Shown piece after piece: positions 9,176-18,013 of a DNA stretch of 54,441 nt. Each line of letters opens with the position of its first letter. Within the stretch, counting starts at the first letter, position 1. This stretch comes from Cyanobacteria bacterium P01_A01_bin.123 (GTDB lineage Bacteria; Cyanobacteriota; Cyanobacteriia; Phormidesmidales; Phormidesmidaceae). The notes below the pieces were generated by a model that was given only the letters and a program-made list of their open reading frames with translations, searched no databases and had not been told where the DNA came from. Location: positions 1-54,441 of the forward strand of contig JBCBZT010000050.1 of assembly GCA_039815185.1 (NCBI GenBank), read 5' to 3'. The translations under genes and the position numbers were made by a program.

Positions 9176-12100
9176 AGCTGCGGGTAAGCGTTTCCAGTCC
9201 CTATCTCTATCAACCGCAATATCCGTAGGGAATGTAGCGCCGCAAATCAGGGGTGGTTCTTTTCCTTCTAGCTGCTGTTCAGTTAAATCTTTGACCTCAC
9301 GGAAGTCTGTCTCAAGCAGAATAGCGCTGTCGAGGTTAGCACTGGAGAGGTTAGCACTGGAGAGGTTAGCACTGGAGAGGTTGGCGCTGGAGAGGTTGGC
9401 GCTGGAGAGGTTGGCGCTGGAGAGGTTGGCACTGGAGAGATTAGCACTGGAGAGGTTAGTACTAGAGAGGTTAGCGCTGTCGAGGTTGGCGAGGGAGAGG
9501 TTGGCGAGGGAGAGGTTGGCGAGGGAGAGGTTGGCGCTGGAGTGATTAGCACTGGAGAGGTTAGCACTAGAGAGGTTAGCGCTGTCGAGGTTGGCGAGGG
9601 AGAGGTTGGCGAGGGAGAGATTAGCACTGGAGAGGTTAGCACTGGAGAGTTTGGCGCTGGAGAGGTTAGCACTATAGAGTTTGGCGCTGGAGAGATTAGC
9701 GCTGGAGAGGTTAGCACTGTAGAGTTTGGCGCTGTCGAGGTAGGCACTGTCGAGGTAGGCACTGTCGAGGTTAGCGCTGTAAAGGTTGGCTCTGCCGAGG
9801 TTGGCGCTGGAGAGGTTAGCGCTGGAGAGGTTAGCGCTGGAGAGGTTAGCGCTGGAGAGGTTGGCCCTGTCGAGTTTGGCGCTGGAGAGGTTAGCGCTGG
9901 AGAGGTTGGCCCTGTCGAGTTTGGCGCTGGAGAGGTTAGCGCTGGAGAGGTAAGTGCTGCAGAGGTCGGTGCTGGAGAGGTCGGCGCTGGAGAGGTCGGC
10001 GCTGGAGAGGTCGGCGTTGGAGAGTTTGGCGCTGGAGAGGTCGGCGTTGGAGAGTTTGGCGCTGGAGAGGTCGGCGTTGGAGAGTTTGGCGCTGTCGAGT
10101 TTGGCGCTGTCGAGTTTGGCGCTGGAGAGATGGGGGCCAACGAGCTGCGTGAAAGTTCCTGTTTCTAAAGAATCTGCATAGTAAATGATCTTGAGCAGTT
10201 GGTTTTTGTTAAAGGATTCTGTCTCCGGTTCACCACAAGGATGAAACGAGATCTCAGGCTTCGGTGCCTTCTCTGGCACATTGGGATAGTCCTCATGTTG
10301 AGCCTCCGCGTGCAGCTTAAACAACACAATCAGCACATTCAATCCGGCAAACACATCCACTTGCTTCAGCCCTGTCGGGATTGCTTGGTCTGCAAGCTGC
10401 CACATCTTCTTCTGAGGCCAATTTTCTGCAGGACGCTGATCTAGAAACTCCCCCTCACACCAGCGCTGGTAAAACCCATAGAGCCGCTCAAACAGCTTGA
10501 CTCGGTTCAGCTCACTCTCTTTCAGCAGTTCAAACAGATACTCCACAATCTCAACGCTGAGACCGCCATAGCCCAGTAGGTCATAAATCCGATCATCTAC
10601 TAGAGCATCATCCCGTAGATATTCCCCTTGGCGATCTAACTCTGTCCAGTCTTCAAAAGCAGCTTTGAGTCGTTCAGCAAAGAGGTATTCACCGAAGCTC
10701 TTATGGGTAAACTCCACTGACCCATCTCTATCACTCTCATCAGGCTTGAGGTAAAACGTGGTGAGGAGTTTGTTAAGTTGCCTATCATCTGAGTTCTCTG
10801 TAGCGGATTGAGACGGCTTGACGAAATTGTCTAGGGAAATCCTCGTACCCTTCAATCGATCCTTGAGCATTGACAATCGGGCTGTTTCATTCCCTGATTG
10901 CACCACACACAGGGCAGTCTCTTGCAACACTTTCCGCAGTTGTTCGGGTTTTCCCAAGCTCAGATTTAGACCCTGGCGCTGTTTCCCCAGCACCCAATTC
11001 ACTGACTCACGGTACACCCGCAATTTGGCCTGGACTTCCTGGTTTGCAATGTCAGCAAACATCTCACGCTTGAGATACCCCTCACGATGCAACCGTGCCA
11101 ACAGATAAAGAAGCAGCGGCTCTCGGGCCAAGTTATCAGCAATTTCGTCAGGGCAAGCCTCAAGAAACTTACGAAACTGATTGACTTCTGCTTCTTCAAA
11201 AATTGCTTGCCAGTTAGTCAGCCATTGCTCTCGCAGAGCATCACTCATAGGCTCAAGGCGCACCCGTTCGAGATTTGGGATTTGGGTAATCAACCGATCC
11301 ACCCCTTGCAACGCGAGTGGTCGCCCCGTCACGATGCATTGGTGGTGACTTTCCTTCTGAAAATCGACGACTTGCTGCAAAAACTCTTGCAGCCCACCTG
11401 TGGTTCTCCCCTCCAATAGCAACTCATCGAAGCCATCCAGGATGAGAAGAAACCGGGTATTGCGATCCGTTAGCCAGCCTGAATGATCTTGAACAAAATC
11501 GACGCTCTGTAGGTCAGGGCAATCTGTCAAGGTTTTTGTCAAGTTGTTAGCTAGCGTCCGAATATTGCGCAATCGAATCATGAGTGGAATGTACGCTCCC
11601 CCCATTTCTCGCCGTACCCAATCAGCGAATATGCGGCAAAAGACTGATTTCCCTCGACCAGCTTCCCCTTGGACAAACATCACCTTGCGGGGTTCACTTG
11701 GCTCTGCCAGCAAATGCTTTGCCCACTCGTGGATGTTGACCCGGCTAGCTCCCCGCTGCACTTCCCCATCTTGTATCAGTGGTTGCACCTCAAGGGGCAC
11801 ATAGATGTCTCGAAACCGAATCAGCGGGTTGCTCTCATCAAACACCTGTTCTTCAGGCAACGGCGCTATCTTCTCAGCCAGATAGGCGTCAATGCTGTCG
11901 TAGCGATCTTGCACCGCTCGTCCACCTGTCCGATAGACTTCAGCCAGCGGCTCTACACTATCACCTGCTTTGGCGATCGCTTCATAGAGATAGCGATGCG
12001 TGCCCCACACGACCTGCTCAGCTAAGCGATGCGTCTCAGCTTCATCAAGACCCGCTTGCTGCAACTGCTCAGTTAGTGCCCCTCCGAACTGCTCTGCCAA

Positions 12101-12607
12101 CACCGACTCTGGAAAGCGGCTGGTGACCACTTTGGCCTCTGCTGAGCTGAGTTCCTTCATCTCCAGACGCTTGAGCTGCTTCTCAACTAGGGTCTTGAGC
12201 GAGACCTGCTTGAGCTTGGTTTTGATGGCCTCATCCTTGACGTTTTTCAGTGCAACTTCGAGGCTTTGCAGATAGGCTAGTTGTGCAGCAATGGTGACAG
12301 CGCTTTCATAGGTGGGCTCGATTTTGGTCATGCCGAGGTATATCTTCAGCAGACCAATGCCGATGGAGACAAAGGGTAGTCCCGAGATGGCCAGTTGAGT
12401 GATCGGGGAGTCCAGGGTTTTGAGGAAGGGCTCTACCTGCTTGATATAGGGCTGAAGCGCTTTGATGTCAGGGGCGTGTTCTTGGAAGGCTTTACCTAAG
12501 TCATTGGTAGCAGTAACCGCCTCGATCCCCTTTTCGGTCAGTTCTCCCCAGGGAATGTCTTTGACGTCAGTGTTGAGGAACTGCCAGAACCCTTTCAAAG
12601 CTTGCAT
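9092..12607 (-). CDS. NACHT NTPase with C-terminal pentapeptide repeats
   Basis: Walker A GEAGRGKS, Walker [19 protein letters not shown] winged-helix motif, long A(N/D/K)LSS repeat tract. Confidence 0.92.
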   Translation of the reverse strand: MQALKGFWQFLNTDVKDIPWGELTEKGIEAVTATNDLGKAFQEHAPDIKALQPYIKQVEPFLKTLDSPITQLAISGLPFVSIGIGLLKIYLGMTKIEPTYESAVTIAAQLAYLQSLEVALKNVKDEAIKTKLKQVSLKTLVEKQLKRLEMKELSSAEAKVVTSRFPESVLAEQFGGALTEQLQQAGLDEAETHRLAEQVVWGTHRYLYEAIAKAGDSVEPLAEVYRTGGRAVQDRYDSIDAYLAEKIAPLPEEQVFDESNPLIRFRDIYVPLEVQPLIQDGEVQRGASRVNIHEWAKHLLAEPSEPRKVMFVQGEAGRGKSVFCRIFADWVRREMGGAYIPLMIRLRNIRTLANNLTKTLTDCPDLQSVDFVQDHSGWLTDRNTRFLLILDGFDELLLEGRTTGGLQEFLQQVVDFQKESHHQCIVTGRPLALQGVDRLITQIPNLERVRLEPMSDALREQWLTNWQAIFEEAEVNQFRKFLEACPDEIADNLAREPLLLYLLARLHREGYLKREMFADIANQEVQAKLRVYRESVNWVLGKQRQGLNLSLGKPEQLRKVLQETALCVVQSGNETARLSMLKDRLKGTRISLDNFVKPSQSATENSDDRQLNKLLTTFYLKPDESDRDGSVEFTHKSFGEYLFAERLKAAFEDWTELDRQGEYLRDDALVDDRIYDLLGYGGLSVEIVEYLFELLKESELNRVKLFERLYGFYQRWCEGEFLDQRPAENWPQKKMWQLADQAIPTGLKQVDVFAGLNVLIVLFKLHAEAQHEDYPNVPEKAPKPEISFHPCGEPETESFNKNQLLKIIYYADSLETGTFTQLVGPHLSSAKLDSAKLDSAKLSNADLSSAKLSNADLSSAKLSNADLSSADLSSADLSSTDLCSTYLSSANLSSAKLDRANLSSANLSSAKLDRANLSSANLSSANLSSANLSSANLGRANLYSANLDSAYLDSAYLDSAKLYSANLSSANLSSAKLYSANLSSAKLSSANLSSANLSLANLSLANLDSANLSSANLSSANHSSANLSLANLSLANLSLANLDSANLSSTNLSSANLSSANLSSANLSSANLSSANLSSANLSSANLSSANLDSAILLETDFREVKDLTEQQLEGKEPPLICGATFPTDIAVDRDRDWKRLPAALRERYPEKFKTLEEAEEFINKRRQTKG
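9325..10129. repeat. 15-bp tandem repeat tract encoding pentapeptide repeats
   Basis: Dozens of GAGAGGTTAGCGCTG-type units. Confidence 0.9.
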
Positions 12608-12704
12608 TGCTGAATCCCGATAGTGAAGGCTTGTCTAGAAGATAATCGAGGGGTACGTCGATCGGCATCGGGGTGGGGTGAAGGTGTGGCTAATCCCAAA
12701 TTCT

Positions 12705-15569
12705 TCACTGCTGATGTTCTTTGACGTATTCTTGGGCTTGCTCAATGCTTTCAAATTCCTCTGGATATCTTTCCATCAAGACAGTAGCCATATCATCACA
12801 GTCTGTGTCCCGATCAATTTCAATGCCTTCAGGAAGAGGAGAATTACAAATCCAGGGTCGAAGCCCGATTAGCTGTTGGGTTGTGAGTCCTTGGGTAGTG
12901 CGTAGATCCGTATTGAGGAAGATCGCGACGGTGAGGTTGGCGGAGCTGAGATCGGCATTGCGTAGGTCGGCGTTGCGTAGGTCGGCGAAGATAAGGTTGG
13001 CGGAGTTGAGGTCGGTGTTGCGTAGGTCGGCGTCGAAGAGGTCGGCGGAAATGAGGGTGGCGTCATAGAGATTGGCGTCATAGAGGTCGGCCTCGCGGAG
13101 GGTGGCGTCGCGGAGGTCGGCGGAGCTGAGGTTGGCGGAGCTGAGATTGGCGGAGCTGAGGTTGGCGGAGCTGAGGTTGGCGGAGCTGAGGTCGCGGTTT
13201 GCCAGCGTTCGGCAATACTCTCCCCTAAAGCGCTCAGTTAGATATCCTGTGCGACGTTCCAATCGACTACAATCGTCCGTTAAAAATAAAACCGCACTAC
13301 GCTCTGCTTCTTTATCTCTTCCGTGATCTATCGTTGCGTAGTATTGCTCTACTTTACGTAGATGCAAAGAATAGTCCAACACAATTGCTGGGATGATTAA
13401 TAGCGCAACCCACCTACCTCGATTGAGTCGCTGCCATCGCCGACTTCGACGAATGAAGTCTTGCGCCAACCTTGACAACGGAAACTGATCACCATGGGCC
13501 TTCCGAAACCGCTGGGCATCCCCTAATTGACGTCCCTGAATCAAATACCCCCGCTTTCGCCCCTGCTCCCGCCAGGCCACCGCACTCGCCTCAATCTTGC
13601 GTTGTTGCCTCAGCAAGTCTCGGTTCTGCTCAATCCACTGCCGGAGTAGCTGCCAATGGCGAATCAGCGCTTCATGGGCCACATCCACAATCGCCATCCG
13701 CTCTGAGGTGTCGCCCTTGCTCACCACCTCACTGGTCACCAGCAACCGATTATCTGGGTTAGATAAGCGCTCAAGCACCTGCTGTACTCGTCTAGAGGGA
13801 TGCTTGGGCTCTGCCACCAAATCCGCCTGAAACACCCGCCTTCGGGTATCTTCTGTCCCTTCTCCGAGCTGGGTCAACTGCTGGAAGATATGGCGAACCG
13901 TTTGCTGCTCTGCTATGTCAAAGCTGTTGTAGATCTCGGTAGCTCGTTTATCCAAGGTGCCATTGATGCGACCCAACTCCAGATAGGTAGCCAACACAAG
14001 CTGGTTACCCTGCCGCTGTTGCCACAGTTCCTTCAGGGTGTACTGGAGCAATGGCAGACTCCCTGGTGCTCCTGCAATGTCACTCAAAATCTCGGTGACC
14101 AAAGCAGGTTCAATAGTGAGTCCCACTCGCTCAGCAGGCTTGCAGATGGCAGCTTCTAGCTCATCAGATTTCATGGGTAGCACGTTAATCATGTGCTCCT
14201 GAATCTGTGAAGCCAGCCCACTGTATTCCTGCTCCAAACACTTACCTACGAAGTCAGCCCGCACGGCAATCACCAGACAGAGCTTGTCATTAGCCTCAGC
14301 CAACGCCCCCATCAGACAGGCAAAGAACTGCTCCCGCTCCTCAAGACTTTGGCAACGGGTGAACACCTCCTCAAACTGGTCAATCACCAAGATGACCCGA
14401 GGGGCAGTAGAAGCCTGTACTAGCCGCTGTAGACCCGCTGCGCCTTCCTTGAGTAAGCCCTGGGCACTACCTAACGCCTCTGCCCGATCCAGGTCTGAGA
14501 GCCCCTCCTCAACAAATGCCAGGGCGAGGTTCTGCATCGGCTGACGATCTGGACGAGTGATGCGAATCCGCCACTGATCACTGCTTGCAATCCGTCGCCC
14601 TAGCTTGAGTTGATGCAGCAGCCCCGCTCGTAGTACAGATGACTTCCCATTACCCGATGCCCCCACTAGGGCCATGAAGTTGTGAGTTCGCACATGGTCG
14701 AGGAGCTGGCCAATCAGCCGCTCTCTGCCAAAGAAGTACTTGGGGTCTTCCTCGTTACAGTCGAAGTACTCCAACCCCTTGTAGGGACAAATGCCACTGT
14801 CTGAAGCACTCGTAGCCGTTGCACGCTCTAAAACCTTCAAGCTTCTAGTCAGATTAATCGCCTCGCCAAAGTTGGTACAGACTGGGGTTTGCAGCTCCCC
14901 TTTGAGGGCTTGATTGATATAGTCCACCAAGGCAAAGGTATCGATCCATCGCCCTGGCAGTCGGGTAGGATCAAGCCCTTTAAGCAAGGCATTCGTGAGC
15001 ACACTGTAGGGACTGTTGAGGTCTTCCCAAGAGCTTTCAAAGTCACGAGAGGAAGCAATGAAGCAGCGATCGCGACTGGTACTGTTACCCGGATTAGCTG
15101 CCCCAACATTGACGATGAGTGAACCACTGTGACAGCAGTCGAGCCAGACGATTTGTTGCTTGACTTCACTCTCAGATAAGAGCCATTGCAGCCAGCGCAG
15201 AGAGAGGCCAGAACGAGGATAGTCAGGATCGGTGTCACTGGTTGCCAGATACCCCTGGTCATATCCCCTGCTATCAGGGATACCGTGTCCTGAGAAGTAG
15301 AACAGCACCGTCTCTGGTACTTGTGTACTATTCGGTAAGAAGAGCTTCTCTAAGGCCCGCTCTAGCTGCATCTGAGAGACTGCTGTTTTTTGGGCCACCA
15401 TAGGCTTTTTCAGCTCAGCCTGCTGAATCACCTCAGGTAGTCGAGTGACGCGGAAGTCGCCATCTTGTTCGAGCCGTTGGGTAACAGCTTCAGCGTCTTG
15501 AGCTGGGGCTTTGAGGGAGCGTAGGTGCTGGTAGGTGTTAATGCCAATAACTAGGGCATCACGGCTCAT
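12705..15569 (-). CDS. Caspase (peptidase C14) + nSTAND1-type NTPase + TM helix + pentapeptide repeats
   Basis: ALVIGINTY, FYFSGHG and WLDCCHSG caspase motifs; CPYKGL, GASGNGKSS, VIDQFEEVF and VAHEALIRHW NTPase motifs; WVALLIIPAIVL TM; ANLSS/ADLR repeats. Confidence 0.92.
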   Translation of the reverse strand: MSRDALVIGINTYQHLRSLKAPAQDAEAVTQRLEQDGDFRVTRLPEVIQQAELKKPMVAQKTAVSQMQLERALEKLFLPNSTQVPETVLFYFSGHGIPDSRGYDQGYLATSDTDPDYPRSGLSLRWLQWLLSESEVKQQIVWLDCCHSGSLIVNVGAANPGNSTSRDRCFIASSRDFESSWEDLNSPYSVLTNALLKGLDPTRLPGRWIDTFALVDYINQALKGELQTPVCTNFGEAINLTRSLKVLERATATSASDSGICPYKGLEYFDCNEEDPKYFFGRERLIGQLLDHVRTHNFMALVGASGNGKSSVLRAGLLHQLKLGRRIASSDQWRIRITRPDRQPMQNLALAFVEEGLSDLDRAEALGSAQGLLKEGAAGLQRLVQASTAPRVILVIDQFEEVFTRCQSLEEREQFFACLMGALAEANDKLCLVIAVRADFVGKCLEQEYSGLASQIQEHMINVLPMKSDELEAAICKPAERVGLTIEPALVTEILSDIAGAPGSLPLLQYTLKELWQQRQGNQLVLATYLELGRINGTLDKRATEIYNSFDIAEQQTVRHIFQQLTQLGEGTEDTRRRVFQADLVAEPKHPSRRVQQVLERLSNPDNRLLVTSEVVSKGDTSERMAIVDVAHEALIRHWQLLRQWIEQNRDLLRQQRKIEASAVAWREQGRKRGYLIQGRQLGDAQRFRKAHGDQFPLSRLAQDFIRRSRRWQRLNRGRWVALLIIPAIVLDYSLHLRKVEQYYATIDHGRDKEAERSAVLFLTDDCSRLERRTGYLTERFRGEYCRTLANRDLSSANLSSANLSSANLSSANLSSADLRDATLREADLYDANLYDATLISADLFDADLRNTDLNSANLIFADLRNADLRNADLSSANLTVAIFLNTDLRTTQGLTTQQLIGLRPWICNSPLPEGIEIDRDTDCDDMATVLMERYPEEFESIEQAQEYVKEHQQ

Positions 15570-15623
15570 GGGGCAAGGCTCAGAGGCAGGTTGAGTGCAT
15601 TTTACTGCCTACCATTGTCTTTC

Positions 15624-15645
15624 CAAGTACCTGCGAGGGTGCTTT
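15624..15645 (+). repeat. 22-bp dispersed hairpin motif, copy 1 (CAAGTACCT-GCGA-GGGTGCTTT)
   Basis: Near-identical copies at 17976 and 20238. Confidence 0.75.
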
Positions 15646-15730
15646 GGATGAGCTGATTGAGGCGTGTGAGCAAGTTCCCTAGTCTAAAGTGCCCCCAGCC
15701 GCGATCGCAGATGTAGCTTCTTTTCCCCTA

Positions 15731-15748
15731 ACTGTAAATATTTACAGT
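15731..15748. promoter_or_regulatory. Perfect 18-bp palindrome ACTGTAAATATTTACAGT, possible operator
   Basis: Read directly; intergenic, upstream of the caspase-STAND gene, between two HIP1 sites. Confidence 0.4.
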
Positions 15749-15984
15749 CGCTGTAAGTGCGATCGCGCTGATTTTACCGCTACTGAATAGTCAGGGGTTT
15801 CACAAAGATTATTAACCGAAGTGTGAATTGCATCTCGTATTAAAGTGGCATCGATGCGAAATCCAACTCACACTGCCAGTCTTAACAATGCTTTCCAAAC
15901 GGTTAGCCTTCATCAATAGAAGAAAATCCCTCAAGCTGACATTGGTGTTGAGCAAACCCACCGGCATAACCCCCTGTTGCCAGC

Positions 15985-16410
15985 TCAGATTTGCTTTCGG
16001 AGTTTGTAAGCAGAAACAGTTGAATCGGCACCAGGCTGGCGACAGAGAATGACTAGCCCGATCGCCGCCACGGTCAACTCAACCCCAGTCGCCATCACTA
16101 AATTGTTAGACGGACTTCCATCCAAAGTGAAACCAACCAGGCGTGAGAGTCCAAAAGCGCCGTAGACCAAGACGGAGAGAGTGATTGAGAGCGATCTTAG
16201 ATGGGCACGAAACGCTCCGAGGAAGATGAGTAAACCACTACTCGCCAGCAAGCCGCCGGGGGCGCGAATTTCCGAGAGTAGGCTGGGATCATTGCCAAGC
16301 ATAATCCCATCACTAGCGTAGAAGGCGTGGGGTACGAGCAGGATAGTGCTACCAATGGCCAGCAGTAATAGAGCAGCAAAGACGAGAAAAAAAGAAGTGA
16401 GGCGGTTCAT
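15985..16410 (-). CDS. DUF4345-like four-TM membrane protein
   Basis: LLSEIRAPGG and GLSRLVG..LDG motifs; four hydrophobic segments. Confidence 0.75.
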   Translation of the reverse strand: MNRLTSFFLVFAALLLLAIGSTILLVPHAFYASDGIMLGNDPSLLSEIRAPGGLLASSGLLIFLGAFRAHLRSLSITLSVLVYGAFGLSRLVGFTLDGSPSNNLVMATGVELTVAAIGLVILCRQPGADSTVSAYKLRKQI

Positions 16411-16434
16411 GGGACGTTTCTCCGAGTTGTGGGG

Positions 16435-16680
16435 TTAGCAATTAACAAGTTGAGTGGAGGCAAATTGACGGGCGAAAACGGATGTGACACCAGCGAGGCA
16501 GTCATCCCAGCTTGTGGTCTGAGTTCAGTCAAAGGCCGGTGAGACAGAACGTGAACCTAGGCAAATCGGTTAGCCAAGGGCTTGGAGGCGGGTGGCCACT
16601 CGGCAGCCAGTTTTACCTATGGCTCCGAGAACTAGGGTGAGCCCTCTGGGTGGATTCAATAGAGGATAGTTGCTGTTCAT
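16435..16680 (-). pseudogene. NmrA/NAD(P)H-binding protein remnant
   Basis: Manual translation MNSNYPLLNPPRGLTLVLGAIGKTGCRVATRLQALG*PICLGSRSVSPAFD*TQTTSWDDCLAGV: Rossmann GxxGKTG motif, two in-frame stops, large truncation. Confidence 0.7.
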
Positions 16681-16830
16681 GGCTTACTCCTTTGCAGTTG
16701 TTGGGTGGCAGGTTGAACGCATTCCGGTTAACCTCATCTAACATCCATAATGGCGGCATAGAACTGGACTTGAAATGATATAAAGTCTATTATTCTTAAC
16801 CAATCGTCCAGAGATCTTGGACGATTAGAC

Positions 16831-17814
16831 ATGAGAGCCATGACGACAACCGAAACTGCCTACCCTACACCCAGCCCCCTACCGCCCCGTGACCCTCTCG
16901 GCGAGGTACTCCACATGCTCCGCCTCACGGGAACGCTGCACTGCCGTGCCGAATTGACTGCACCGTGGGGACTCTCTATTCCTGCAATCGCCGACTGTAT
17001 GGTTCTGGAAATCGTCAATGTGGGGCGTTGCTGGCTAGAAGTAGAAGGAGAGGAACCTTGCGAACTGCGCGAAGGCAGTCTCGTTTTACTGCCCCACGGG
17101 ACGGCCCACCAGCTGCGCAGCGCGATCAATGCGACAACCCAACCGCTTTTTGATATTCCGGTGGAGAAGATTAGCGATCGCTACGAGATCATGCGCCATG
17201 GTGGAGGCGGTGAGTTTACCCAGGTCACGGCGGGCGTCATGCGGGTCGATCGCTCAGCTGTCGGAAATCTCTTAGATCTGTTCCCCACGGTGCTACAAAT
17301 TGATGCTTGGGACGACGAGAGTGGATGGTTGCAAAGTACGCTCCGCTTTATTGCCCGAGAAGCTAGAGAGCTGAAGCCAGGCGGAGAAACTGTGATCACT
17401 CGGCTTACGGATATTCTCATCATTCAACTGATCCGCACCTGGGTCGATTCAGTGTCTGGGTCAAGCCAAGGCTGGCTCGCTGCCCTACGGGATGAGTCGA
17501 TCGGTCAGGCGCTGGTGTTGATCCATCATGAACCCCAGCATCCGTGGACGGTGGCTGCACTAGCCAAAGCAGTGAATCTGTCTCGCTCATCATTCTCTGC
17601 CCGATTTACGGAACTTGTGGGCCAACCAGCCATGGGCTACCTGACACAATGGCGGATGCAACTAGCCCGTACGTTGCTCTGTGATACGCCGCTTACGTTG
17701 GCGGCGATCGCCAATCGCGTGGGGTATGAATCGGAGGTTGCCTTCTCCAGAGCGTTCAAGCGATTGTACGGTGTTCCGCCAGGGAGTCTTCGTTGCGCTG
17801 GCCGCTCAGCATAG
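16831..17814 (+). CDS. AraC-family regulator with N-terminal cupin domain
   Basis: DPLGEVL start, LPHGTAH cupin, WTVAALA...SRSSFSARF and GYESEVAFSRAFKR HTH motifs. Confidence 0.93.
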   Translation: MRAMTTTETAYPTPSPLPPRDPLGEVLHMLRLTGTLHCRAELTAPWGLSIPAIADCMVLEIVNVGRCWLEVEGEEPCELREGSLVLLPHGTAHQLRSAINATTQPLFDIPVEKISDRYEIMRHGGGGEFTQVTAGVMRVDRSAVGNLLDLFPTVLQIDAWDDESGWLQSTLRFIAREARELKPGGETVITRLTDILIIQLIRTWVDSVSGSSQGWLAALRDESIGQALVLIHHEPQHPWTVAALAKAVNLSRSSFSARFTELVGQPAMGYLTQWRMQLARTLLCDTPLTLAAIANRVGYESEVAFSRAFKRLYGVPPGSLRCAGRSA

Positions 17815-17975
17815 TCAGATCATGCCGCTGTCGGACGAACCTTGAGGCAACGTCTGATAGTCAGTACTTTTTCTATAATGCTCCGATCTTAGGGGCTGTA
17901 ATCGAATCGCTACAGCACTCCCAGCCTTATGGCCCAATCGAACAATAATCGGGGCCAATGGCCTGATTCGCGTGT

Positions 17976-17997
17976 CAAGTACCTGGAAGGGTGCTTT
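17976..17997 (+). repeat. 22-bp dispersed hairpin motif, copy 2 (CAAGTACCT-GGAA-GGGTGCTTT)
   Basis: Matches the copies at 15624 and 20238 except in the loop. Confidence 0.75.
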
Positions 17998-18013
17998 TGG
18001 TGGGACAAATTGT

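Noticed and set aside
9283..10181. Long alternative-frame ORFs (PTSPA, LALER, VSAGE repeats)
   Set aside because: Stop-free frames produced by the 15-bp pentapeptide repeat.
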